Positions 28,813-38,307 of a stretch of 64,000 bases of DNA are shown here, piece by piece; positions within the stretch are counted from its first letter, which is position 1, and every line of letters starts with the position of its first letter. The notes under the pieces were generated by a model, which had not been told where the DNA came from, made no database searches, and was given only the letters and a program-made list of their open reading frames with translations. The position numbers were made by a program, and so were the translations under genes. The DNA is taken from assembly GCA_030765185.1 (NCBI GenBank), contig JAVCDE010000002.1, positions 853-64,852 of the forward strand, given 5' to 3'. Origin of the DNA: Candidatus Aceula meridiana. GTDB lineage: Bacteria; Omnitrophota; Gorgyraeia; Zapsychrales; Aceulaceae.

Positions 28813-31446
28813 ATGTTATTTAAACTGCAAAAAATAAAATCTTCACTGAAAACTTCTTTTGGAAGTTTTACCTATTTTTCTTTGCCTAAATTAAATAAAT
28901 TTAGATTGAATGTTGAACACTTGCCATTTTCTATCAAAGTTATTCTTGAAAGTGCTCTTCGTAATTGCGATGAACACAAAATAACTTCTAAAGACATCGA
29001 GACCATTGCAAAATGGTCGCCTAAATCTTCTTCTCCAAAAGAAATTGCTTTTAAACCCGGTCGTGTTATTCTTCAAGATTTTACTGGAGTTCCTTGTGTT
29101 GTGGATTTAGCTGCTATGCGTGATGCCGTTAAAACATTAGGAGGGGATTATAAGAAAATTAATCCGCAAGTGCCATGTGATTTGATTATTGACCATTCTG
29201 TTCAGGTGGATTTTTCCGGTAAAAAAGATGCGTATCAAAAGAACCTTACGAAAGAGTTTCAACGAAATCGCGAGCGTTATGAATTCCTAAAATGGGGACA
29301 AAAAGCCTTTAAGAATTTTCGCGTTATTCCCCCGGCAACAGGAATTATCCATCAAATCAATCTTGAATATCTTGCACAGGGCGTTCTTGTTCAAAAACAG
29401 GGCAAAAAACGCATTGTATATCCGGACAGCCTTATCGGTACAGATAGCCATACAACTATGATTAATGGCCTAGGAGTTGTTGGTTGGGGTGTTGGGGGAA
29501 TCGAGGCGGAAGCGGTTATGCTCGGCGAACCTTTGAATATGCTTTTGCCTGAGGTCATTGGGTTTCATCTTAAAGGACAGCTGCGCGAAGGCGTTATGCC
29601 AACGGATTTAGTTTTGACAATTGTTGAAATGTTGCGCAAAGAGGGGGTGGTTGGAAAATTTGTTGAATATTTTGGTGAAGGACTTGAATTTCTCACGCTT
29701 GAAAATCGCGCAATGATTGCAAACATGTCGCCTGAATATGGGGCAACTCTCGGGTTCTTCCCAGTCGATGATAGAACATTGGATTATTATCGAACCACCG
29801 GTCGTAAAAAATCTCAAATTGATTTAATTAAAAAATATTACAAAGCACAGGGAATGTTTTATGAAAAGGGCATGAAGCCCGCAAAATATACAAAGATTTT
29901 AGAATTAGACCTTGGCAAAATCCGGATAAGCTTAGCCGGTCCTAAGAGGCCACAAGACCGCATTGATTTGGGTGAGATGAAAAGTGCATTTGAAAAAACA
30001 TTTTCAAAGCCAAAAGCATCGCTTGAAAAGTTAACAAATGGGTCAGTTGTTATTGCTTCGATTACAAGCTGTACAAATACATCCGACCCGCAAGTTCTAA
30101 TCGGTGCTGCCCTTTTAGCAAAAAATGCAATTGAACGAGGCTTAAATGTAAAAAATTTTGTTAAAACATCTCTATCCCCAGGATCAAGAGTTGTTACAAA
30201 GTATCTTAAGAAACTAAATCTGATGAAATATTTTGAACAACTTGGATTTCATGTTGCTGGCTATGGATGCATGACTTGCATCGGAAACAGTGGGCCACTG
30301 TCAAAAAAAATAACTGATGCCATCACAAAAGAAAAGTTGACGGTGACAAGTGTTTCAAGTGGAAACCGTAATTTTGAAGGGCGCATTAGCCCTTGGGTTA
30401 AAGCTAATTATCTTGGAAGTCCGCTTTTAGTTGTGGCTTATGCCTTGGCCGGAAATGTGACTATTGATTTAGCGAAAGATCCCCTTGGTAAAGATAAAAG
30501 AGGAGAAGATGTTTATTTAAGTGATATTTGGCCGACCCATAGAGAGATTCAGCAGCTAATAAAAAAATCTGTAACAGCGTCAATGTTTCAAAAAACATAT
30601 AAAAAAGCGCTTCGAGGAACTAGCGAGTGGGGAAAAATTAAATGCACAAAAGGTGATCTTTTTAAATGGAAAAACAAAAGTACTTATATCCAAAATCCAC
30701 CCTTCTTTGCAGGAATGAAGAAAGCAGTTAAAAAAAATAATCCTATTGTGGGGGCGCGGGTCTTGGCTGTCTTAGGCGATTCCATTACAACAGATCACAT
30801 TTCTCCCGCAGGTGCTATTTCAAAAAATTCACCCGCTGGCCGATATTTGCAGTCGCTCGGAGTTAAAGAGGCGGCGTTTAACAGCTACGGGTCTAGACGG
30901 GGAAATGATCGTGTTATGACGCGGGGAACATTTGCCAACATTCGACTTAAAAACCAACTCATTCCGGGTGTAGAGGGGTCAGCTACTATTCATTTTCCAA
31001 GTAAAAAAAAGACTGATATCTACAATGCATCCCATCTTTATAAAAAAGCTCAAACTCCTTTGATCATTTTAGCCGGAAAAGAATACGGAACCGGTTCTTC
31101 ACGCGATTGGGCGGCCAAAGGTACAGCTCTTTTGAATGTGAAGGCTGTTATTGCCCAAAGCTACGAACGAATTCATCGTAGCAATTTAGTTGGTATGGGT
31201 GTTTTGCCGTTAGAATTTATGCATGGCGCTTCGCATCAAAGTTTAGGATTAAAAGGAGATGAAATATTTGATATTTTAGGGCTTGATGGCCCTATCAAAC
31301 CGCAGCAAATTATCTGCGTTCTTGCCACAAGCAAAAGTGGTAAAAAAAAGGAGTTTAAGGTTAAGCTGCGCTTAGATACGCAAATGGATATTGATTATTA
31401 CCAAAACGGCGGCATTTTACATGCTGTCATACGTAATCTTTTTTAA
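28813..31446 (+). CDS. acnA: Aconitate hydratase A
   Basis: ~877 aa; N-terminus FGSFTYFSL...LPFSIKVILESALRN..., swivel-domain and Fe-S ligand regions (SCTNTS, CMTCIGNSG); ATG 28813 preferred over upstream TTG 28789. Confidence 0.9.
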   Translation: MLFKLQKIKSSLKTSFGSFTYFSLPKLNKFRLNVEHLPFSIKVILESALRNCDEHKITSKDIETIAKWSPKSSSPKEIAFKPGRVILQDFTGVPCVVDLAAMRDAVKTLGGDYKKINPQVPCDLIIDHSVQVDFSGKKDAYQKNLTKEFQRNRERYEFLKWGQKAFKNFRVIPPATGIIHQINLEYLAQGVLVQKQGKKRIVYPDSLIGTDSHTTMINGLGVVGWGVGGIEAEAVMLGEPLNMLLPEVIGFHLKGQLREGVMPTDLVLTIVEMLRKEGVVGKFVEYFGEGLEFLTLENRAMIANMSPEYGATLGFFPVDDRTLDYYRTTGRKKSQIDLIKKYYKAQGMFYEKGMKPAKYTKILELDLGKIRISLAGPKRPQDRIDLGEMKSAFEKTFSKPKASLEKLTNGSVVIASITSCTNTSDPQVLIGAALLAKNAIERGLNVKNFVKTSLSPGSRVVTKYLKKLNLMKYFEQLGFHVAGYGCMTCIGNSGPLSKKITDAITKEKLTVTSVSSGNRNFEGRISPWVKANYLGSPLLVVAYALAGNVTIDLAKDPLGKDKRGEDVYLSDIWPTHREIQQLIKKSVTASMFQKTYKKALRGTSEWGKIKCTKGDLFKWKNKSTYIQNPPFFAGMKKAVKKNNPIVGARVLAVLGDSITTDHISPAGAISKNSPAGRYLQSLGVKEAAFNSYGSRRGNDRVMTRGTFANIRLKNQLIPGVEGSATIHFPSKKKTDIYNASHLYKKAQTPLIILAGKEYGTGSSRDWAAKGTALLNVKAVIAQSYERIHRSNLVGMGVLPLEFMHGASHQSLGLKGDEIFDILGLDGPIKPQQIICVLATSKSGKKKEFKVKLRLDTQMDIDYYQNGGILHAVIRNLF

Positions 31447-31460
31447 CAAAAGGAGGGGTC

Positions 31461-31691
31461 ATGGCCGGACGTAAACTAACAGAGGCAACAAAACGTAAGA
31501 TTAGTTTGTCACAAAGAGGAAAGAAGAATTCTTTTTATGGAAAAAAACATAAAAAATCATCAAAAGAAAAAATTTCTAAAGCCTCAAAAGGGAAAAATAA
31601 TTCTATGTACGGCAAAAAACACACGGCAGCAACAAAACGCAAAATTAGTTTAGCGCGTAAACGTGCTATTGCTCGCGCTAAACGTAAGTAA
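31461..31691 (+). CDS. Stand-alone basic protein made of three NUMOD3-like DNA-binding repeats
   Basis: Strong SD AAGGAGG 6 nt upstream; 76 aa; three repeats G(R/K)K..x3-TK(R/E)KIS-x4-(G/R): GRKLTEATKRKISLSQRG / GKKHKKSSKEKISKASKG / GKKHTAATKRKISLARKR, matching the NUMOD3 motif of GIY-YIG/HNH homing endonucleases; no nuclease domain present. Confidence 0.55.
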   Translation: MAGRKLTEATKRKISLSQRGKKNSFYGKKHKKSSKEKISKASKGKNNSMYGKKHTAATKRKISLARKRAIARAKRK

Positions 31692-31692
31692 G

Positions 31693-31866
31693 ATGGTAAA
31701 AAAGCCTCATCCTCGTATTTGGAACAAACGCAACGGCAAGATGATGCCTCCAAAAATCCTAAAGACTCAGCAAGGGCCCAAGGGTGAAATAGAAACAAGC
31801 TCACCATCTTGCAATGTGACGTTTTTTTCAAAATTAAGAAAACAAATTAAAAAAAATATTTCTTAA
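31693..31866 (+). CDS. Possible small basic protein (57 aa)
   Basis: ATG 2 nt after previous stop; MVKKPHPRIWNKRNGKMMPPKILK...; no SD; region has coding-like composition. Weak. Confidence 0.25.
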   Translation: MVKKPHPRIWNKRNGKMMPPKILKTQQGPKGEIETSSPSCNVTFFSKLRKQIKKNIS

Positions 31867-31869
31867 GGC

Positions 31870-32307
31870 ATGTCTAAAAAAATTCTGATTGTTTTTCTCA
31901 TTTGTACAATCTTTTCACCTTCAGCTTTTGCCCAATATGGGCGTTCACCAAAAGTTCTAGAGACACGGGCTTTCACCTATGTCCAAAGAGCTGATCAGCT
32001 TTTGTCCTATGCGCATAAAATTATGGAGCTACGGCCAGATAAAGAAAGTGCAGAAATTTTTGTTGAGCTTTATTTACAAGCGTCCCGTCTTTATGGAGAT
32101 GCAGCGAGACTTTTAAGGGCCATTGGGCCATTTTATATTCAACAATCTGTTATTGATAAATTTGCAAAAGCTGAGTTGGATTGCCTTAAGACCGTTGATG
32201 AGGCTCGCCGCATGGTCAACAAGGGCGAAATTGTCAAAGTCTCTGACTGGGAAATTAAAAAACTACTTAATGAGATTAGGGAGATTCAAGATGAATTGTC
32301 CGAATAA
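31870..32307 (+). CDS. Secreted alpha-helical hypothetical protein (145 aa)
   Basis: Signal peptide [23 protein letters not shown]; helical heptad-like remainder; first of a run of small exported proteins ending in a CsgG-family gene. Confidence 0.55.
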   Translation: MSKKILIVFLICTIFSPSAFAQYGRSPKVLETRAFTYVQRADQLLSYAHKIMELRPDKESAEIFVELYLQASRLYGDAARLLRAIGPFYIQQSVIDKFAKAELDCLKTVDEARRMVNKGEIVKVSDWEIKKLLNEIREIQDELSE

Positions 32308-32503
32308 AGAGCGAAATATAAGGGAGCATTGTAACTGCAGCTACAGCGCTTGCGATAAAACTGGTATTTGCTGTGAATGTCTTCATTATCATAGGAAGAA
32401 GGGTGCGTTGCCGGCCTGCTACTTTCCGGCTGATGCAGAGAAAACATACAATAGGTCAATCGAGCACTTTATTGAAGTTTATCAGAAGCATAAACATCTC
32501 TAG
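32291..32503 (+). CDS. Small cysteine-rich protein (70 aa, 8 Cys)
   Basis: SD AGGGAG 7 nt upstream of ATG 32291 (17-nt overlap with previous gene); [70 protein letters not shown]; no signal peptide. The longer 126-aa ORF-finder call is mostly out-of-frame overlap with the upstream gene. Confidence 0.5.
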   Translation: MNCPNKERNIREHCNCSYSACDKTGICCECLHYHRKKGALPACYFPADAEKTYNRSIEHFIEVYQKHKHL

Positions 32504-32594
32504 TGGATAGCTTTAAGAAAAACCTTGATGAAGTTTAAGACGTGTGCTAAATTAATGGCTATTAAAAAATCAATGTCATATAAGAGGAGCCAAA

Positions 32595-33191
32595 ATGAAA
32601 CTTGAAATTTTTATTTTAATGTTCATTCTTGTCGGATTTCCTGCCTTTGCAAAGGAGGATAAAGCTCCCCTTATAAGTGATAAAATAGTTACACCCCAAA
32701 GCTCTAAAAATGATCCTGCGCTTCCAGAAACCTCTTATGATCTCCAAAAATGGCGAATAAAAGAGGAGAAAGTCGTTTCGGATGCTATTGATGTCTTCAA
32801 GCGTAAAGCACAGCCAATTCGGTCAAAACGAGTCTGGATTTACGATAAAAATGGTGAAAAAAACTTTTTAGTTGAATATACGCCAAGCGAAAAGAATCCG
32901 AAGGTCCTTTTTTCCGACGATGAAAATTTTGCTTTTTTTATTGGGCTTTCCGATATTGGTCAAAGCATCATCTATGGTATAAATTTAACAACAGGGAATC
33001 AGTATCCGATTGATACGGCAAGCCATTTTGATATGATTACCTGCCCAAATAATAAAAAAAGCTACGTGATCGTCAATAAACGCGATAGTAATCGAAATAC
33101 TTATTTTATTTATAATTTAAACGGAAAACAGGAAAGTAGCCTAATGGATGCTGTAACACCTGAAAATTTAAAAGATAAGGTTTGCTACTAA
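32595..33191 (+). CDS. Secreted hypothetical protein (198 aa)
   Basis: SD AAGAGGAG; signal peptide MKLEIFILMFILVGFPAFA-KE; beta-rich remainder without recognisable motifs. Confidence 0.55.
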   Translation: MKLEIFILMFILVGFPAFAKEDKAPLISDKIVTPQSSKNDPALPETSYDLQKWRIKEEKVVSDAIDVFKRKAQPIRSKRVWIYDKNGEKNFLVEYTPSEKNPKVLFSDDENFAFFIGLSDIGQSIIYGINLTTGNQYPIDTASHFDMITCPNNKKSYVIVNKRDSNRNTYFIYNLNGKQESSLMDAVTPENLKDKVCY

Positions 33192-33205
33192 AAAGGAGGA
33201 GAAGG

Positions 33206-34114
33206 ATGAGATTTTTTGTTTTTTCTTTTATCATGGCTCTTATGATGAATTTAAGCGTTGCTACAGAGGCTTACTGCGCTAAAGGTCTAAAGAAAACTGT
33301 TGCAGTCTTAAGCTTTCAGAATGATTCTGGCTACAGCAGCATGGGCGATATCGGTGATGATTTTTCTATGCAGCTTAACGATGCACTAATTCAGAGTGGT
33401 GATTTTATTGTTTTATCAAGACAAGATTTAGATGCTGTTTTTGCCGAGCAAGACTTGGCGACAAGCGGACGTATGGCCAAATCAACTACAGCAAAAACAG
33501 GAAAAGCTGTTTCATCTCAAATTTTAGTTAAAGGACGCATTACTGAATTTGATGAACAAAAATCTGGTGGTGGACAAGGCTTAAGCCTTTACGGTGTATC
33601 TTTAGGCTCTAACAAAGCTACAGCGCATGTTGCAGTTATTATTCAGCTTATTGATACAACAACAGGTGAAATTCTCGATTCGCAGCGCATTGAAGGCGAT
33701 GCCAAAGCCGGCGGTTTTTCTATCGGATATAGTGGAGACTTTGGAATTAGTACTTCGAGTTTTAAGAAGACTCCTCTTGGAAAAGCTGTCCAAATGGCAA
33801 TTGATCGTGCTGTTCAGCATATTACGAAAAAATCTTCAGATATTCCATGGCGAGGACGCGTTATGTTGGTTAAAAACGGTCTTGTTTATGTAAACTCAGG
33901 CTCTAACGCAAATTTGAGTTCCGGTGATTCATTTGCTGTTTATCGTGAAGGTGAAGCCCTAATAGATCCCGATACAGGCATGGAGCTAGGAAGAGAAAAT
34001 GCAAAAATTGCTGATATTAAAATCACAGAAGTCCAAGATAAATTCTCGAAAGCTAGCATCTCTGGCGCTGCTTCCTCAGAAGTTGCTAAAGGCGATCTTA
34101 TTCTAGAAAAATAA
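33206..34114 (+). CDS. CsgG/HfaB-family outer-membrane secretion-channel protein with C-terminal extension
   Basis: SD AAAGGAGGAG; signal peptide; KKTVAVLSFQNDSG...LNDALIQSGDFIVLSRQDLDAVFAEQDLATSG...ILVKGRITEF...HVAVIIQLIDTTTGEIL matches CsgG-family conserved blocks; extra ~90-aa C-terminal beta domain. Confidence 0.7.
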   Translation: MRFFVFSFIMALMMNLSVATEAYCAKGLKKTVAVLSFQNDSGYSSMGDIGDDFSMQLNDALIQSGDFIVLSRQDLDAVFAEQDLATSGRMAKSTTAKTGKAVSSQILVKGRITEFDEQKSGGGQGLSLYGVSLGSNKATAHVAVIIQLIDTTTGEILDSQRIEGDAKAGGFSIGYSGDFGISTSSFKKTPLGKAVQMAIDRAVQHITKKSSDIPWRGRVMLVKNGLVYVNSGSNANLSSGDSFAVYREGEALIDPDTGMELGRENAKIADIKITEVQDKFSKASISGAASSEVAKGDLILEK

Positions 34115-34124
34115 AGGAAAAATT

Positions 34125-34316
34125 ATGCGCATATTCTTATTATTGACCCTTATTTCTTTTTTGTCGTTTACCGGCTGTGAAACAATGCACAAAGGGACAA
34201 AAGCCGCTGGCGGTGCTTTGGGCGAAGGCGCTAAAATTGTTGGCGGTGTTTCTGAAGGCGGTGCAGAGGTCATGCGCGGCGGCGAAACACCAGAAGAAAA
34301 TCCATACGGACGATAA
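34125..34316 (+). CDS. Small Gly/Ala-rich lipoprotein (glycine-zipper-like)
   Basis: SD AAAGGAAA; lipobox LSFTGC; mature part [26 protein letters not shown] resembles Gly-zipper outer-membrane lipoproteins. Confidence 0.55.
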   Translation: MRIFLLLTLISFLSFTGCETMHKGTKAAGGALGEGAKIVGGVSEGGAEVMRGGETPEENPYGR

Positions 34317-34327
34317 AATATAAAATT

Positions 34328-35728
34328 ATGGGAAAAACACTCTACGAAAGAATATGGGATGACCATGCTGTGCATCAGGCAGAAGGCCAAGCAACGCTTT
34401 TGTATGTGGATCGGCAGTTAGTTCACGAAGTAACTTCACCACAAGCATTTGAGGGACTGCGTCTTAAGAAAAGAAAAGTGCGTCATCCAGAAAGAACTTT
34501 TGCCACGATGGATCACAATGTTCCAACGCATGCAAAGGATTTGTCTTTTGCAGATAGCATTTCAAGATTGCAGATGGAAACTCTTGAAAAAAATTGTAAA
34601 GAGTTTGGTGTTAGTTGTTTGCACTTTACTCATCCAGATCAAGGCGTTGTGCATATTATAGGGCCCGAACTAGGAATTACACAGCCTGGCATGATTATTG
34701 TTTGCGGTGATTCACACACAGCCACACACGGAGCATTTGGCGCTTTGGCTTTTGGTATCGGAACCTCGGAGGTCGAACATGTTATGGCGACGCAAACTTT
34801 GCAGCAAAACAAATCTAAAACTATGCTGATTAACATCGACGGACCTTTGGGCAAGGGTGTGACTCCAAAAGACATTATTTTGTATATAATCGGAAAAATC
34901 GGGACTGACGGTGCTACAGGTTTTGTTATCGAGTATGCAGGCGAAACAATCCGTGCGTTATCAATGGAAGCTCGTATGACCATTTGCAATATGAGTATCG
35001 AGGCGGGTGGACGCGCTGGCATGATTGCATGCGACGAAAAGACATTTGAATATGTTAAAGGACGTGACCATGCTCCCAAAGGTGAAGATTGGGAAAAGGC
35101 TCTTTCGTATTGGAAAACATTAAAGAGTGATTCCGATGCAAAATTTAATAAGGTGATTAACTTAAAAGCCGAAGATATCAAGCCTCAAATAACCTGGGGA
35201 ACATCTCCGGAGCAAGTTGTGGCTGTTGATGAGGCTGTGCCTAACCTAGATGATTTTTCTGATCCCATAAAGAAAGAGGCTGCAAAAAAGGCATTAGACT
35301 ATGTTGGACTTAAATCTGACACACCGATGGCTGAAATTCTTATAGACACAGTCTTTATCGGTTCTTGTACAAATGGCCGCATTGAAGATCTTCGAGCAGC
35401 TGCAAAAATTGCTGAAGGCAAAAAAGTTTCTAATAAAGTTCAAGCTATCGTTGTTCCAGGTTCAGGTCGCGTTAAACGCCAGGCAGAAAAAGAAGGCTTA
35501 GACAAGATTTTTAAAGCGGCTGGCTTTGAATGGCGTGAACCAGGATGCTCAATGTGCTTGGCCATGAACGAAGATAAATTAAATCCCGGACAAAGATGCG
35601 TCTCAACGACAAATCGTAACTTTGAAGGACGCCAAGGCAAGGGAAGCCGTACACATTTAGCAAGCCCTGAAATGGCAGTTGTTGCTGCTGTTGAGGGACG
35701 CATTGCAGATATTCGGGAGTACATTTAA
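34328..35728 (+). CDS. leuC: 3-isopropylmalate dehydratase large subunit (aconitase-family)
   Basis: 466 aa; LeuC-typical N-terminus [13 protein letters not shown]...[21 protein letters not shown] and Fe-S ligand Cys (GSCTNG, GCSMCL). Confidence 0.85.
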   Translation: MGKTLYERIWDDHAVHQAEGQATLLYVDRQLVHEVTSPQAFEGLRLKKRKVRHPERTFATMDHNVPTHAKDLSFADSISRLQMETLEKNCKEFGVSCLHFTHPDQGVVHIIGPELGITQPGMIIVCGDSHTATHGAFGALAFGIGTSEVEHVMATQTLQQNKSKTMLINIDGPLGKGVTPKDIILYIIGKIGTDGATGFVIEYAGETIRALSMEARMTICNMSIEAGGRAGMIACDEKTFEYVKGRDHAPKGEDWEKALSYWKTLKSDSDAKFNKVINLKAEDIKPQITWGTSPEQVVAVDEAVPNLDDFSDPIKKEAAKKALDYVGLKSDTPMAEILIDTVFIGSCTNGRIEDLRAAAKIAEGKKVSNKVQAIVVPGSGRVKRQAEKEGLDKIFKAAGFEWREPGCSMCLAMNEDKLNPGQRCVSTTNRNFEGRQGKGSRTHLASPEMAVVAAVEGRIADIREYI

Positions 35729-35729
35729 A

Positions 35730-36341
35730 ATGGAGCCATTGGTAAAACATACAGGATTGGTTGCTTCGATTGATCGGGCAAATATCGATACAGACGCAAT
35801 TATTCCAAAGCAATTCTTAAAAAAAGTCGACCGCGTTGGCTTTGGCAAACATCTTTTTCATGATTGGCGATATTTAGATGATGAAGAGACACAAATCAAC
35901 CCTGATTTCATTCTGAATAAGAAAGAATATGATGACGCAAGCGTTCTTTTGGCGCGCGATAACTTTGGATGTGGTTCAAGCCGTGAACATGCGCCTTGGG
36001 CTTTAGAAGATTTTGGATTTAAAGTTATCATTGCACCAAGCTTTGCGGATATTTTTTACAACAACTGTATTCGCAATGGCATTCTTTTAGTTCGCCTAAA
36101 AGATAGCGAAGTCGATGAGTTATTCCACTTTGCATCCAAAACTAATGATGCTAAAATAACAGCTGATTTACCAAATCAGTCCATTGCAACTTCAGACGGC
36201 AAAGCTTACCAATTTGAAATTAATGATTTTGCCAAGGAGTGTCTGATAAAAGGCCTAGATAGCATTGGATGGACAGAACAATTTATTGGAAAAATTGAAA
36301 CCTTTGAAAAAACACTTGCCCAAGAAAAACCTTGGATTTAG
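35730..36341 (+). CDS. leuD: 3-isopropylmalate dehydratase small subunit
   Basis: ATG 2 nt after leuC stop; MEPLVKHTGLVASIDRANIDTDAIIPKQFLK typical LeuD. Confidence 0.85.
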   Translation: MEPLVKHTGLVASIDRANIDTDAIIPKQFLKKVDRVGFGKHLFHDWRYLDDEETQINPDFILNKKEYDDASVLLARDNFGCGSSREHAPWALEDFGFKVIIAPSFADIFYNNCIRNGILLVRLKDSEVDELFHFASKTNDAKITADLPNQSIATSDGKAYQFEINDFAKECLIKGLDSIGWTEQFIGKIETFEKTLAQEKPWI

Positions 36342-36349
36342 GGGGAAAT

Positions 36350-37420
36350 ATGGCAGGAAACACTTTTGGAAAACTATTCACAATAACGACCTTTGGTGAG
36401 AGCCACGGGAAAGCCATTGGTGTTGTTATTGATGGAGTAAAGCCAGGAATGCCGCTTACCGAAGCTGATATTCAAGTTGAGCTTGATAGGCGGCGTCCTG
36501 GCCAAAGTATGGCTACAACACAGCGCAAAGAGCCAGATAAAGCAGAAATTCTTTCGGGTGTTTTCGAAGAAAAAACAACTGGGACACCTATTGCCATTGT
36601 AATTACTAATACGGATGCCAATCCAAAAGATTATGAGAATTTAAAAGATGTTTTCCGTCCAGGACACGCAGACTTTGCCTACCTTGAAAAATTTGGTGTT
36701 CGTGATTGGCGAGGAGGAGGTCGGGCATCCGGCCGCGAGACCGCAGCACGCGTTGCTGCCGGTGCTGTTGCAAAAAAAATGCTTAAAGAACAAGGCGTTA
36801 CTGTTACCGCCTACACAAAAGAAATCGCGGGTATTGTTGCTGAAAATCTTGATTTAAACAGTATTGAAAACAATCCTGTACGCTGCCCTGATGCAAAGGC
36901 AGCCAAGGCGATGCTTTCGAAAATTGATGAGGCTCGTAAAACTCTTGATTCTGTAGGCGGTATTATCGAGGCTATTGTTACGGGATGTCCTCCGGGACTG
37001 GGAGATCCTGTTTTCGATAAGCTTGATGCTAAACTATCCCAAGCAATCATGTCTATTGGAGCTGTTAAAGGTATTGAATTTGGCGATGGGTTTAAAGCCT
37101 CCTCCATGAAAGGTTCTGAATTTAATGATGCCTACAAGTCTGAAGGTGGCAAAACTCAGGTTCAATCAAACCACGGTGGTGGGATTTCCGGAGGAATCTC
37201 AAACGGAGGAGATATTGTTTTGCGCACGGTTGTTCGCCCAACATGTTCGATAGCTCAGCCGCAGGACACAATCACAAAAGGCGGGGAAGCGACTTCTATT
37301 CAAATTAAAGGACGTCATGATCCTTGTATCTGCCCGCGCGCAGTTGTTGTCGTTGAGGCAATGATTGCAGTTACCCTGGCTGATTGTTTGCTTATTCAAA
37401 AAAGCATACAATCAAAATAA
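36350..37420 (+). CDS. aroC: Chorismate synthase
   Basis: MAGNTFGKLFTITTFGESHG...GRSSARETA-like motifs (GRASGRETAARV), 356 aa. Confidence 0.85.
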   Translation: MAGNTFGKLFTITTFGESHGKAIGVVIDGVKPGMPLTEADIQVELDRRRPGQSMATTQRKEPDKAEILSGVFEEKTTGTPIAIVITNTDANPKDYENLKDVFRPGHADFAYLEKFGVRDWRGGGRASGRETAARVAAGAVAKKMLKEQGVTVTAYTKEIAGIVAENLDLNSIENNPVRCPDAKAAKAMLSKIDEARKTLDSVGGIIEAIVTGCPPGLGDPVFDKLDAKLSQAIMSIGAVKGIEFGDGFKASSMKGSEFNDAYKSEGGKTQVQSNHGGGISGGISNGGDIVLRTVVRPTCSIAQPQDTITKGGEATSIQIKGRHDPCICPRAVVVVEAMIAVTLADCLLIQKSIQSK

Positions 37421-37424
37421 CTCC

Positions 37425-38288
37425 ATGAATAAAAATTCAAAAGTAATCCTCATTACGGGATGCTCGAGCGGCTTTGGCCTGCGCACAGCAGCCCGTTTAG
37501 CTGCTACAGGGCATAAAGTTTTTGCCACGATGCGTGATCTTTCTAAAAAAGATGATTTAGTGGGGGAGGTTTCTCTGCGCGGCGGAAAAACAAAAATTTT
37601 AAAACTCGATGTCACTGATGTCAAATCCATCGAAAAAGTTGTCAGCCGCATTGAAGAAAATGAAGGACATATTGATGTCTTAATTAATAACGCTGGATAC
37701 GGAATCGGTGGTTTTTTTGAAGATTTAGAACAGGAGGAAATTCGCGCTGTTATGGAAACTAATTTCTTTGGCGTTCAAAACGTAACTCGCGCTGTCATTC
37801 CATTAATGCGCAAAGCTAAGAAGGGTTTGATTATTAATCTCTCCAGCATTGCAGGTTTTTGTGGATTCCCAGGACTTGGTGCTTATTCTGCTAGCAAATG
37901 GGCTTTAGAAGGGTTTTCTGAGAGCCTATTTTTTGAATTGGCACCATTTGGTATCCATGTTTGTTTGATTGAACCAGGCACATACAAAACAAAAATTTTC
38001 TTTGAGAATCGAAAATATGCAAAAAAGTTTTTTAACTCCCAGAGTCCTTATTACGAAACTTCGCAAAAGTTTCAAAAAGACGTTAATGATAATGTCAGAA
38101 TTGGCGCAAAGGATCCTGAGGAGATTGCTATTCTTATCGAATCTTTGATTAAAAGCGAGGGAAGGCCGGCTTTTCGCAATATTCCTGACCAAAAAACAAA
38201 GCTCATTTCTCTGTTAAAACGTTTCTTACCTGTCCGTTGTTATTTCTGGACAGTTCGCTTTCTTCTGCATTTTTCTTCTAAAAAATAA
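37425..38288 (+). CDS. Short-chain dehydrogenase/reductase (SDR)
   Basis: VILITGCSSGFGL (TGxxxGxG), NNAG, and YSASK catalytic motif. Confidence 0.8.
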   Translation: MNKNSKVILITGCSSGFGLRTAARLAATGHKVFATMRDLSKKDDLVGEVSLRGGKTKILKLDVTDVKSIEKVVSRIEENEGHIDVLINNAGYGIGGFFEDLEQEEIRAVMETNFFGVQNVTRAVIPLMRKAKKGLIINLSSIAGFCGFPGLGAYSASKWALEGFSESLFFELAPFGIHVCLIEPGTYKTKIFFENRKYAKKFFNSQSPYYETSQKFQKDVNDNVRIGAKDPEEIAILIESLIKSEGRPAFRNIPDQKTKLISLLKRFLPVRCYFWTVRFLLHFSSKK

Positions 38289-38307
38289 ATTTTATAAGGA
38301 GGAGTTT

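Noticed and set aside
31535-31831. 98-aa minus-strand ORF opposite the NUMOD3 gene and its downstream basic ORF
   Set aside because: It is the antisense frame of a lysine-rich gene, giving an artefactual Phe/Leu-rich translation. No SD.
32123-32290. First 56 codons of the 126-aa ORF 32123-32503
   Set aside because: This part overlaps the 145-aa secreted protein gene out of frame. Only the segment from ATG 32291 with its own SD (the Cys-rich 70-aa protein) is treated as real.
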